64,000 nucleotides of DNA from Spirochaetia bacterium (GTDB lineage: Bacteria > Spirochaetota > Spirochaetia > SZUA-6 > Bin103), in contig OZ241907.1 of NCBI GenBank assembly GCA_965203515.1, positions 3,520,001-3,584,000 of the forward strand, written 5' to 3'. The notes beneath the pieces were generated by a model that saw nothing but the letters and a program-made list of their open reading frames with translations, was not told where the DNA came from and searched no databases. Within the stretch, counting starts at the first letter, position 1. Each line of letters begins with the position of its first letter. The translations under genes were made by a program, and so were the position numbers. Of this stretch, positions 39,188 to 49,400 are shown piece by piece.

Positions 39188-41452
39188 TCACTCTACCCCT
39201 ACCTCGACCAGAAGCTGCTGGCCGGCCAGGGTCTGGCGGGCAAAGAACAGGTTCTGGTACGGGTCATTGCCGCCCGCCGCCAGGATGGCGGTGCCGGTGG
39301 CGGTGGTGCCGCCGGACGGCGCCGCCGAAAAGGTCACGGTCGGGGCCGTCGTGTAGCCGTTCCCCCCGTTCGTGATCCTCACCGACCGGACGCGGTATTC
39401 ATAGACCGCGGTGCCGGTGGCGGTGGTACCGCCGGACGGCGCCGCCGAAAAGGTCACGGTGGGGGCGGAAGTGTAGCCGTTCCCCTCGTTCGTGACCGTC
39501 ACCGAGGCCACCCCGTAGTCCATCACCGCGCTGGCGGCCGCTCCGCTGCCGCCGCCGCCCGTAAAGGAGACGGTGGGCGCCGAGGTGTAGCCGCTGCCGG
39601 CGGTCCCGACCGTCACCGAGTCGACCCCGTAGTCCATCACCGCGGTGCCGGTGGCGGTGGTGCCGCCGCTCGGCGCCGCCGAAAAGGTCACGGTGGGCGC
39701 CGAGGTGTAGCCGCTCCCCGGGTTGGTGACCCTCACCGATGCTGCCCCGTAGGCCACGCTCGCGGTAGCGGTCGCTCCGCTGCCGCCGCCGCCCGAGAAG
39801 GAGACGGTGGGCGCCGAGGTGTAGCCGCTGCCGGGGTTGGTGACCGTCACCCCGGTGATGGTGGTGCCCATCACCGCGTGGTAGCCGGCCCCGCTGCCGC
39901 CGCCCCCGGAAAAGGTGATCGTGGGGGCCGAGGTGTAGCCCGCTCCCGCGTTGGTGATGTCCACTCCTCGAATGTTGGTGAACAGATCCACGGTGACGGC
40001 CGCCCCGCTGCCGCCGCCGCCCACAAGGGTGACGGCGGGCGCCGAGGTGTAGCCGCGGCCCGGGTTAGACACAAAGATGCGCTCCATCCGCCCGTCGCTG
40101 TACCGATATGCGGTGCCGGTGGCCCTGGTGCCGCCGGACGGCGGCGCCTGGAACGACACCGTCGGATTGCTCGTGTAGCCGCTCCCCCGGTGAGAGGCGC
40201 TCGCGAAACGCGCCCGCGACACGGCGTCGGGCCCCCACGCGGTGCCGGTGGCGGTGGTGCCGCCGGACGGCGGCGCCGAGAAGGTCACGGTCGGGACCGA
40301 GCTGTAGCCGCTCCCATATTGATTGCCGGTTCTCGCCACGGAAGCGACCCGGTCCGGCCCCTCCGCGGCGCCGGTGGCGGTGGTGCCGGCGGCCGGCGGC
40401 GCCGAGATGGTCACGGTGGGTGCCGAGGTGTAGCCGCTGCCGGCGGTCCCCATCGTCACCGAAGCGACGACGCCGCTTCTCGTCGCCGTGGCGGCTGCTC
40501 CGCTGCCGCCGCCGCCCGTAAAGGAGACGGTGGGTGTCGAGGTGTAGCCGCTGCCGGCGGTCCCGATCGTCACGTCATCGACGCCGCCGCTGATCGCCGC
40601 GGTGCCGGCGGCGTCGGTGCCGCCGGCCGGCGCCGCCGAGAAGGAGACGGTGGGTGCCGAGGTGTAGCCGCTGCCGGCGGTCCCGACCGTCACGTCATCG
40701 ACGCTGCCGGTGACCGCCACGGCGCCGGTTGCCGTGGTGCCGCCGGCCGGCGGCGCCGAGAAGGAGACGGTGGGTGCCGAGACGTAGCCGCTGCCGTTGG
40801 TCCCCATCGTCACCGAAGCGACGGCGCCGCCGCCCGCTACGGTGCCGGTTGCTTCGGCGCCGCCGGCCGGCGGCGCCGTAAAGGAGACGGTGGGGACCGA
40901 GACGTAGCCGCTCCCCCGGTCGGTAATCCTGACCGACTCGACGGTGTCGGGGGCGCCCGACTGATCCGGGGCGGTGAGCACCAGCACGATCGCGCCGGCG
41001 CTCACTTCGGCGGAAACCTCCCACTGCGCGCCGCTGAGGTCGCCCGCGAAGGCCGGCTCGGCCGCCGTGCTCGTGAACGGCAGCTCGTTGCCGCCGATCG
41101 ACACGGTCACCGTTTCGCCCTCGGCGCCGGTGAGCCCGTCCCAGGCGAACGGCTCGGAGCGGATCGTCAAGGCGCTCGGGTCCGCTGCGTCAGGCAGCGG
41201 CAGCGCCGATGACCAGGCATCCTCCCCGAGGGGCCAGCTCTTCGTGGCCGGCGCCGGGGCCGGCGCGGTCGGCGACCCGCCGTCGCCGCCAGTGCCGCCG
41301 CTCCCCGCGCCGCCGGTGCCGTTCGTTGCTGCCGGCCGGGCCGCCTGCTGGCACGCCAGCAGGGCGATGCCGGTGACCGCCGCCAACGCCAGGAGCAGCG
41401 ATGCCTTACGAGTCGGATTGGTTCTGTCGCGTGCGGCGCGGTATACTCTCAT
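39188..41452 (-). CDS. Surface lipoprotein with 14 ~40-aa GSGY repeats
   Basis: ATG with GGGGAGG; LLAC lipobox; ~120-bp DNA periodicity; shares N- and C-terminal non-repeat segments with 3890..5527. Confidence 0.85.
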   Translation of the reverse strand: MRVYRAARDRTNPTRKASLLLALAAVTGIALLACQQAARPAATNGTGGAGSGGTGGDGGSPTAPAPAPATKSWPLGEDAWSSALPLPDAADPSALTIRSEPFAWDGLTGAEGETVTVSIGGNELPFTSTAAEPAFAGDLSGAQWEVSAEVSAGAIVLVLTAPDQSGAPDTVESVRITDRGSGYVSVPTVSFTAPPAGGAEATGTVAGGGAVASVTMGTNGSGYVSAPTVSFSAPPAGGTTATGAVAVTGSVDDVTVGTAGSGYTSAPTVSFSAAPAGGTDAAGTAAISGGVDDVTIGTAGSGYTSTPTVSFTGGGGSGAAATATRSGVVASVTMGTAGSGYTSAPTVTISAPPAAGTTATGAAEGPDRVASVARTGNQYGSGYSSVPTVTFSAPPSGGTTATGTAWGPDAVSRARFASASHRGSGYTSNPTVSFQAPPSGGTRATGTAYRYSDGRMERIFVSNPGRGYTSAPAVTLVGGGGSGAAVTVDLFTNIRGVDITNAGAGYTSAPTITFSGGGGSGAGYHAVMGTTITGVTVTNPGSGYTSAPTVSFSGGGGSGATATASVAYGAASVRVTNPGSGYTSAPTVTFSAAPSGGTTATGTAVMDYGVDSVTVGTAGSGYTSAPTVSFTGGGGSGAAASAVMDYGVASVTVTNEGNGYTSAPTVTFSAAPSGGTTATGTAVYEYRVRSVRITNGGNGYTTAPTVTFSAAPSGGTTATGTAILAAGGNDPYQNLFFARQTLAGQQLLVEVGVE

Positions 41453-41467
41453 CCTGGCGGCCTCCCC

Positions 41468-41485
41468 GGGGGGGGGGGGGGGGGG
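41468..41485 (-). promoter_or_regulatory. G18/C18 homopolymer between a putative -10 and the RBS
   Basis: Minus strand: TACAAT (41501-41496)-aagtttaagt-C18-GGGGAGG-8nt-ATG. Confidence 0.7.
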
Positions 41486-41602
41486 ACTTAAACTTATTGT
41501 AGGTCACTCGAAGTACTCCCAAAGCTGAGGCAGACGCCGCCGAGGCGGCTCGGCCATCTCTTCCAGCAGGACATCGTACCGGATGAATGGGCGACGTTCA
41601 AG

Positions 41603-41689
41603 CGGCCGCGTTCGTGGTGGCGCTGCGCAAGATATCCGACACCTACCTCGACCTGGGCGTGTAAAGCCCGGCGCGGCGGAGCGCCGGTC
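41603..41689. repeat. Direct-repeat copy of the gdhA 3' end and flank
   Basis: Matches 38994-39079; 5 mismatches in the 62 coding bases, same TAA. Confidence 0.9.
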
Positions 41690-41702
41690 GGGGGACGCGC
41701 CG

Positions 41703-42602
41703 CTACAGGAACCGCCGCAGGCCGGCCAGGGTCTCGCGGGTCGACTCCGGGCCGGTATCGCCCGGCTTGCGCCAATGGGTTTCGACGCTGACGACGCCGG
41801 CATAGCCGTCGCTGCGGAGCGCGGCGATCTGGCCGGCGTAGTCGACGGCGCCGCTGCCGATCGGCGCCCAGCGCGTCAGGCCGGTGACGGCGTCCACGAC
41901 CTGGGCGTCCTTCACGTGCACGTGGATCAGGTACGGGAGCACGGCGCGGTAGCCGTCCGGCCAGGGCCTGCCGCCGGACACGAAGTCGTTGCCGGGGTCC
42001 CAGATGGCGCGCAGGCGCGGGTCGTCGACGGCGGCCAGGATGCGGGCCGCGTTGTGCCCGGAGTTGCCCCAGCAGGAGCGCACGTTCTCCAACCCGAGCG
42101 TGACGCCGTGCTGGCCGGCGACCGACGCCGCCGCGCGCAGCCCGGCGGCGATCTTGGGCAGCAGGGCGTCGGGGATGGCGCCGCCGCGCGCCTCCCGCGG
42201 GGAGGGGTTGCCGGCGCCGGTCATGTAGCTGCGCCGGAACGAGAAGACGCGCACGATGCCGGCTCCCAACTCGCCGGCCGCGTGGCAGCTCCGCCGGACC
42301 TGCTCCAGGTGCTCGACCACCGCCGGGTGGCGGGTCACGTCCGCGGCCGGCACCTCGTCCAGCTCGATCGCCTTGAAGGCGGGCGGATCGACCGCGACCA
42401 CCTGCAGCCCCTCGCCGGCGATCATCCGGCCCAGGTCGGCGATCTCCGCGTCCGACAGCTCGTGGACCCCGCGCCCGCCGACCCGGTTGAGCTCGACGTG
42501 GCTGAAGCCCATCTCCCGCGCCGCCGGCAGCGCGACCGCCGGGTCTTCCGCGATCTCGTCGGTAACGACGCCGAGCAGGAACGTCACGTCAGGTGATTTC
42601 AC
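41703..42602 (-). CDS. Sugar phosphate isomerase/epimerase (TIM barrel)
   Basis: GVVTDEI, VRVFSF, LENV, WDPGN, HVHVKD, SVETH; start uncertain. Confidence 0.85.
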   Translation of the reverse strand: MKSPDVTFLLGVVTDEIAEDPAVALPAAREMGFSHVELNRVGGRGVHELSDAEIADLGRMIAGEGLQVVAVDPPAFKAIELDEVPAADVTRHPAVVEHLEQVRRSCHAAGELGAGIVRVFSFRRSYMTGAGNPSPREARGGAIPDALLPKIAAGLRAAASVAGQHGVTLGLENVRSCWGNSGHNAARILAAVDDPRLRAIWDPGNDFVSGGRPWPDGYRAVLPYLIHVHVKDAQVVDAVTGLTRWAPIGSGAVDYAGQIAALRSDGYAGVVSVETHWRKPGDTGPESTRETLAGLRRFL

Positions 42603-42766
42603 GCGCGCAGAGCATGCTCCGTCCTCCCCGCCCGGTTCAAGTCCCGTCGTGAGCCACCGGACCCGCCTGCAGCAGCGCGCCACGGCGCATCTCTCCGGGC
42701 GGGAATCGTCGTTCGCCGCCGAGACCCGATTGGGCTATGCTATAACTGCAGGGAAGAGATCAGGCT

Positions 42767-43273
42767 ATGCAGACCCTTGGCGAAGTGCGCGACCACTCCA
42801 TCGACAGGGCGACCACGGAGGACGCGTTCCGCGCCTGGCCGCTGATCTTCACCTACAAGGGAAATGTCTTCGGCCGCGGGTTCATCGCTTCGATCCATGC
42901 GGTGAGCCGTATACTCGGAGTCCGGGAGGATGACGGGATCTGGCTCAGCGGCGTACAACCCGGAGGCATGGCCGCCGGAGGAAAGGATATACCGGCGGCT
43001 TACACCGATTTGCGGAATACGTTCCTTGGCATCCTGGCGGACATCGCGTCCACGGCCGACACGTACGAAGCCTTTCGAGCCGAGGTCGAGCGCTTCTTCG
43101 ACGAGCGTGACGAGACCGCGATGGCTGACTGGAACGCCGCCGTGGCCGCCTACCGGTCGCTTCCCACCGGAAGACGTGGTGCCCGTCGTCCCATGGTGCA
43201 GGTTTTCCACGTCCGCAAGATGGTCAACCACCTCGGCATCAGCCCCGCATGTGCAGATGAGTATATGTCGTAG
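42767..43273 (+). CDS. Hypothetical protein (cargo gene)
   Basis: Protein-like 168-aa ORF with lower GC; TGCTATAAC extended -10-like element at 42738-42746. Confidence 0.65.
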   Translation: MQTLGEVRDHSIDRATTEDAFRAWPLIFTYKGNVFGRGFIASIHAVSRILGVREDDGIWLSGVQPGGMAAGGKDIPAAYTDLRNTFLGILADIASTADTYEAFRAEVERFFDERDETAMADWNAAVAAYRSLPTGRRGARRPMVQVFHVRKMVNHLGISPACADEYMS

Positions 43274-43277
43274 CCGC

Positions 43278-43448
43278 GCAGCCCTTCGCCGGTGATCATC
43301 CGGCCCAGGTCCCGCGATCTCGTCGGTAACGACGCCGAGCAGAACGTCACGTCAGGTGGTTTCACGTCGTGGTCGCGCAGAGCCTGCTCCGTCCTCCCCG
43401 CCCGGTTCAAGTCCCGTCGTGAGCCACCGGACCCGCCTGCAGCGCGCC
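43278..43448. repeat. Degenerate direct repeat of 42404-42681 (isomerase 5' end plus upstream gene 3' end)
   Basis: 43278-43311 matches 42404-42437 and 43312-43448 matches 42548-42681; 111 bp are lost between two gcgatctc copies. Confidence 0.88.
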
Positions 43449-44282
43449 GCCGTCCGCCACGTTGCGGAACCACTCATGGGAGACCCGCGGCGCGCGGCCG
43501 TCGACGTTGGCCGCTCCGCGCCCGGCGCGCACGTCGCCGCCGTCGACGATGCGAGTGTCGATGCTCAGGCGCGTTCGTCCCGTCCGGTTGGGCCGGCTGG
43601 CATGCAGATGCGCCCCGGAGAAGCAGAGCAGATCGCCGGGCTCGATGACCACCGGCAGCGCCGGCGGGGCGTCGGCGTCGAGCGGCGTTTGGCATTCGGG
43701 CAGCAGGGGGTAGCGCCCCGGCGACTCGCGCAGCCGCTCGATGTCCCAGGCGGCGCTGGTATTGGGCACCGCGCGGTCGAACAGCGTCGGCCAGATCACC
43801 AGCGTGGCGCCGGCGTCGATGGGAAATACCGGGCTCCACAGGTTGATCTGCGCCATGACGTTGGAGCCCCACGTATCGCGGTGCGGCGGCAGGTCCCGCA
43901 CCCGCCGGCCGCGGTGCGCGGCGCCGCTCGGCTGCAGGCGCAGGATGAGGCGGTCGGCGTAGGTGGAGGCCGGGTCGAGCCCCAACGCCGCGATCACCGC
44001 CCGCAGCGCCGCGCGCACCTGTTCGTCGCGCATGAACGAGCGGCGTAGCGCCGCGGCGCGGGCCAGGAACTCGGCCGGCGCGAACGACTCCTCGGCGCGC
44101 GGCGGAGCGGCGGGCGCAAACGCCGCGCCGGCCATCTCCTGCGCTCGCGCGGCCAGGGCGGCCATCGCCGCCATCCGGCGGAACACCAGCAGCTCCCCGC
44201 GGTAGAGGCGCTCCCGGTCGAGCGGCGTCGCCCCGTCGGCGATCGCGGCAGGCTCCTCGAGTCGATACCGACCGTCCATCAT
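43407..44282 (-). CDS. Fe(II)/2-oxoglutarate dioxygenase-like protein
   Basis: PPHRDTW, INLWSP, PGDLLCFSGAHLHAS..N..RLSIDTR; TCGACA-17-CACAAT 6 nt upstream of the ATG. Confidence 0.72.
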   Translation of the reverse strand: MMDGRYRLEEPAAIADGATPLDRERLYRGELLVFRRMAAMAALAARAQEMAGAAFAPAAPPRAEESFAPAEFLARAAALRRSFMRDEQVRAALRAVIAALGLDPASTYADRLILRLQPSGAAHRGRRVRDLPPHRDTWGSNVMAQINLWSPVFPIDAGATLVIWPTLFDRAVPNTSAAWDIERLRESPGRYPLLPECQTPLDADAPPALPVVIEPGDLLCFSGAHLHASRPNRTGRTRLSIDTRIVDGGDVRAGRGAANVDGRAPRVSHEWFRNVADGGALQAGPVAHDGT

Positions 44283-44397
44283 CCCCGGATTGTGCGCCCC
44301 GCGATCCGAAATGTCGACGATTCGGGCCTGCGCTTGCCAGTTCTTCCGCCGCCGGCTACGCTTTCCCGACGCTATCTCGGGAGATGAGAGGAGACAT

Positions 44398-45753
44398 ATG
44401 GGAATACGCATTCGGCCGGCGGAGATTGAAGTACCCTGCAACGACCCGTTCCAGAACGACTTGCTGGACAGAAAGAAGTCTGCGGAAATTCTCACCCGGC
44501 TCGTCGATAACATCGAGGGGCCATGCGTCCTGACCATCGATGCCCCCTGGGGCGCCGGCAAGACCACGTTTCTCAAGATGTGGTCGCAGCATCTACGCAA
44601 TGAGGGATTCCCGATCGTCGAGTTCAACGCCTGGGAGACCGACCATGCCGAAGATCCCTTCGTAGCCCTGGCCTCGGAGCTTGAGGATGGGCTAAAAACG
44701 TTTGGTGACGGATCGTTCAAAGAAAAAGTCAATGATATTATGGAGGCCGCGAAAGAGGTGATCATCCGATCCATTCCAGGATTTATTCGAATCGCAACTT
44801 CGGGTATCGTGGATGTTCATGCACTGAAGGAAGCAGGGAACATGCTCGCGTCCTATGCAGAGGACCGACTTGGCAGGTACAAGGATGGTGACAAATCGAT
44901 CAGAAAATTCCGGGATAAACTTCAGGGAATGGCCAGCTCCTTGGCTCAATCCACGAAGCATCCGCTCATGGTCGTCATCGATGAGCTGGACAGATGCCGC
45001 CCATCCTATGCGGTTGCGCTCATCGAGGTCGCGAAGCATCTGTTCGATGCAGACCACGTCGTCTTCGTGCTGGCAGTGAACCGTACCCAACTCACCCATT
45101 CGATCAGAGCACTCTACGGGAGCGAGTTCGACGCCACCGGCTACCTGCGCAGGTTCTTCGATATCGACTTCAGACTCCCTGAGCCCGATCGGACGGGGTT
45201 CATTCAAGGTTTGTTGAATGGAGTAAAGGTCGAAATGAATGTCGATCTACTGATAGAGTTCTTTGGATTGTCGGACTTTAGTCTTCGGCAAATCGGCCAG
45301 GTGATCCATCGGTTTGGGTTGGCGGCGGCCTCGTTGCGAAACGTCCAGCCTGCTTTCCAGAGGATCCATGGCGAGGTCATCGAAGTGGCGTTAATCATCA
45401 GGACAATCGATACTGATGTTTATTGGCAATTCGTGCGAGGATATCTGTCTGATCAAGAGCTCGTAGATGCCATAGGTAAGCGAGTCACCATCAGAGATGC
45501 GCGGTTCGATGCTGTCATTGTAGTGGCTGCTAGGGAGATAGCAAGCCAAAAAAAGAATGTGAAATATGATCGACAGGCCAAGTCACCGCTAATTGATCGG
45601 CATCAAGAACAGGCAAGCATCTACGGGGAGCGAGTTGTCGAATGTGTAAGAGACTACGAAGACGGTAGTCCTTTTCCGATTATAGATGGATTTGGTTTCT
45701 TGGATGCGGTTCGACGGATAGAGTTATTTGACAGGTGGGACGAACGTCCGTGA
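44398..45753 (+). CDS. KAP family P-loop NTPase
   Basis: IDAPWGAGKTTF, FNAWE, VVIDELDRCRP, YLRRFFD; lower GC. Confidence 0.88.
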   Translation: MGIRIRPAEIEVPCNDPFQNDLLDRKKSAEILTRLVDNIEGPCVLTIDAPWGAGKTTFLKMWSQHLRNEGFPIVEFNAWETDHAEDPFVALASELEDGLKTFGDGSFKEKVNDIMEAAKEVIIRSIPGFIRIATSGIVDVHALKEAGNMLASYAEDRLGRYKDGDKSIRKFRDKLQGMASSLAQSTKHPLMVVIDELDRCRPSYAVALIEVAKHLFDADHVVFVLAVNRTQLTHSIRALYGSEFDATGYLRRFFDIDFRLPEPDRTGFIQGLLNGVKVEMNVDLLIEFFGLSDFSLRQIGQVIHRFGLAAASLRNVQPAFQRIHGEVIEVALIIRTIDTDVYWQFVRGYLSDQELVDAIGKRVTIRDARFDAVIVVAAREIASQKKNVKYDRQAKSPLIDRHQEQASIYGERVVECVRDYEDGSPFPIIDGFGFLDAVRRIELFDRWDERP

Positions 45754-45770
45754 GTGGTGGCCCAATGGGT

Positions 45771-46498
45771 TTACCAAGCCAGGCTGGTACCGCGTTGGCG
45801 GAGGTCTTCGCGACGGCGTTGGTAGTCGGGCAGGACGCGGCCGACGGCCTGCCAGTAGTCGCGGCCGTGGCCGCGGTGGCGCAGGTGGACCAGCTCGTGG
45901 ACCACGACGTAGTCGACCAGCCGCATGGGGGCCTGGATGATGCGCCAGTTCAGGCGGACGATGCCGTGCGGTCGCAGCTCCCCCACCGCTTCCGCTGATC
46001 GGAGATGACGATGCGCGGCAGCTCGACGCCGGCCTTCGCGCGCCAGGCCGCCACCCGTTCCGGCAATCGCGCGGCCGCGTGCCGGCGAAACCAGGCGACC
46101 AAGGCGGCGCGCACGTGCTCCGTCCGCTCCGCTCCGTGCGGCGCGGGTACGTGCAGCCAACCGCCGCGCAGCTTGGCGGCGCCGGTCTCCCCCGAATGGA
46201 CCTTCAGACGATAGTGGCGCCCGAGATAGAGCACGCTCTCACCGCTGACGAACTCGCGCGGCGCGGGCGGCGGGTCGTGAGACTGCACGTGCCGCCGCCG
46301 CCGCGCGATCCACGCCGCCTTCCGCTGCACCAGCGCGTCCAGCCGGCGGGTGGGAAACTGTTCCGGGGCCACCAGCAGCACGCTGCCGTCGGGAGCCACC
46401 GTGACCGCTACGGTCTTCTTCCGCCGCCGGCTGCGGCGGATGGCGTACGCCAGCCTCGTCCCGCCCCAGGTAACCGCCGAGGTCTCGGCGGCGGTCAC
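45771..46498 (-). pseudogene. M48/YgjP-like metallopeptidase with a 1-bp frameshift
   Basis: RWGSCD in one frame, RLNWRIIQAP..DYVVVHELVH in another; total 728 bp, shift near 45968. Confidence 0.8.
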
Positions 46499-49400
46499 GG
46501 GGCGGCCCGCACCTTGGCGAGATCGACGATGCCGAGGGTGAGCGCCTCCATGTCATCCTCCGCGAGACCGCGGGCGCGCAGGTGCTGCTTGATCGTGCGC
46601 CGCATCTGGCGCTGCAGGTCCTCCTTCTGCCACCAGTCGACCAGGGTGGTGAACGGTTCGATCGCCTCATCGAGATCGGCAGCGAGGTCGCGGTCGCCGG
46701 TATCGTAGGCGGCGAACCGCTCGTCGATCTCGCTCTTGCTCGGGCGCTGTTTCGCCAACAAACCATAGATGGCGAAGCCGCGCGCGTCGAGGCCGAGGTC
46801 CTGCGCTCGCGTTTGCTCACCCTTGACATCGCCGCGCAGGTCGGTCAGGAGCGAAAGCTGCTCAGCGGCGTCTATCCGTTCCACGCGCCGCTTCTCGACA
46901 ATCTCCTCCAGACGCTCGCGCAGCGACTGGTAGAAGGCGGGATTCTCGTCCATGTGGGCGCTGATTTCGTGGCGGATAGCGTGCTCCATCTCGCTGGCCT
47001 TCGCCTCATCGGTGGCCAACGCCCCGATCTTCTCCTCGAACTCCGGCGAGAAGAGCGGTACTTCCTTGACCAGAATCTCGATGCGGTCCGCCACGACCGC
47101 GTCGGCGATCAGCGTGCGCACCTTCTCCCCGCAGCCGGACAGATCGAGGCGGTCGTCGCGGTAGCGGGCGCGCGCGGCGCCGCGGATCTTGCCCAGCCAG
47201 CGGAGGTCGGCATGGTACGCGAGCGCGCGCCGGTCCGGCAGCAGCATGTCCATCGACTGGCTGAAGCGGCGGAACGCGAGGTCGAACGCGGCCCGGACAT
47301 CCTCCGGCTCCAGCACCCGCACGCAGGCGTTCAGATCGCTCGTATCCGTCACCGTCCGGAAGAACTTCATCGCCGCCGCATGCCGGGTCTGCAGGCGCGG
47401 CAACTCGTCCACGTTCGACGTCAGCGCCCCCTGCACTTCGGCCGTCGAAAAGATCGCCAGCGCGTCCTGCAGCTTGGCGGACACGCCCCAGTAATCGACC
47501 ACCAGCCCGTAGGTCTTTTCGTCGCCGTGCGGGCGATTGACGCGGGCGATGGCCTGCAACAGCGAATGTTCCTTGAGCGGCGCATCGAGATACATCACCT
47601 GTTCCGCCGGCGCGTCGAAGCCGGTCAGCAGCATGTCGCACACCACCAGGATGGCGAGCGGGTCATCACGATCCTTGAACCGTTCGACGAGCCGATCCTG
47701 CTCCTCCTTGCGCAAATGCCAGCGGGCCAGCCGCTGCTCGTCGTTGTGCAGCGCCGACATGATCAGCGCCGACTCGGGGCCATGCAGCCGGTCCAGCGTC
47801 TCCTTGTAGGTGACCGCGGCGTGACGGCTGGCCGCCACCACCTGCGCCTTGAAGCGGTTCGGAGCGATGAACTTGCTGAAGTGATCGAGCAGGTCCAGGC
47901 AGACCGTTTCGATGCGGCGCGGGGCGCCGGCAATCGCCTGTTCGGTGGCGTAGCGCTGCTTGATGGCGGCGCGTTCGTCGTCGCTGCGGTCGGCGAACAC
48001 GCGGTCGAACACCTGATCGATGGTCTGGCCGATGATCTGCAACTCCGGGAGCCGACTTTCGTAGAAGATCGGCACCGTCGCTTGGTCCCGGACCGCCTGC
48101 TCGATGGTGTAGGTGTCGATGTAGGGGCCGAACGTGCGCAGCGTGCTGCGGTCCTGCTTGTCGATCGGCGTGCCGGTGAAGCCGAGGAAGCAGGCATTCG
48201 GCAGCGCCTGCCGCATGTTCGCCGCCAGACTGCGGTACTGGGTGCGATGGGCTTCGTCCACCATCACGAAGATGTTGGCGGCTTCGGACAGAACCGGATG
48301 CACCGAACGCCGCCGCGCCGCGCTGCCGGCGCCGGTGATCTCCTGGAACTTCTGGATGGTAGTCATCACCGTCTTGCCGGTGGGATGTTCCAGGATTCGC
48401 CGCAGATCGCGCACGCTGTCGGCCCGTTCGGGGTTCGGGAATCCGCAGGCGGTGAACACTCCGGCGATCTGCCGGTCGAGCTTGGTGCGGTCGGTGACGA
48501 TGACGACCGCCGGCTGCCGCTGCGCTTCATCGCGCCGCAGCTTGAGCGCCAGCCACAGCATCGTCAGACTCTTGCCCGAGCCCTGGGTGTGCCAGACGAT
48601 GCCGCCGCGCGCGCTCGGTTGGCGCGCGGTCCCGATGCGCCGCAACGCCTCGTTCACGGCGATGAATTGCTTGTAGCGGGCCAGCTTGCGGACCGCGCGG
48701 CCGCCCTCGATCTCGAACACCACGAAGTTGCGCATCACGTCGAGCAGGTTGCGCGGTGCGAGCAGCCCGTAGAGCAGGATGTCCTGCGGCGCCGGCGCGC
48801 GGCCAAGGTGCGCGCCGAGCTGCGCCACGCTCAGGGGGTACGGCTCCTTCCACTCGAGGAAGAACCGTTCGGGCGTGCCGACCGTGCCGTATACGGCGCG
48901 CTCGCCGCACGTGGCGATGAGAACCTGCGCCGCGGCGAACAGGTGCGGCGCGCCCTGATCCTTCCAGCGCGGGTCCGCTTCCTGGTAGCGGCGAAGCTGC
49001 TTGACCGCGGCGGCCTTCCAGGCGTCGCCGATGGTGGGACTCTTGCACTCGATGACCGCCAGCGGCAGCCCGTTCACGAACACCGTCACGTCGGGAATGA
49101 CGTGCTTCTTCGCCCCGAGCACGCGGTATTGGCGCGTCACGATCCAGTCGTTGCCGCCCGGATCATCGAAGTCGAGAAACCGGACCGTATGGCTCTTGCG
49201 GCCGCCGCCCCGGTCCTGCTCCAGCGCGATGCCGTAGGTAAGCGAGGTGTAGAGCTTCTCGTTGGCCTCGGCGAGGCTGGCCGCCGGCACCTGAGTCACG
49301 GCCCGCACCGCCTGCGTCACGTTGGCCTCGGACAGCCAAGGGTTCAGACGCTTGAGGGCCTGGGCAAGCCGGCGGGTCAGCACGGCCTCCTTGACGCTCG

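Noticed and set aside
39240..40940. ~120-bp periodic repeats as a CRISPR array
   Set aside because: Degenerate, in-frame protein-coding repeats without unique spacers; no cas genes.
38994..41689. Duplicated gdhA end as a DGR template/variable repeat pair
   Set aside because: Mismatches are not adenine-specific and no reverse transcriptase is present in the window.
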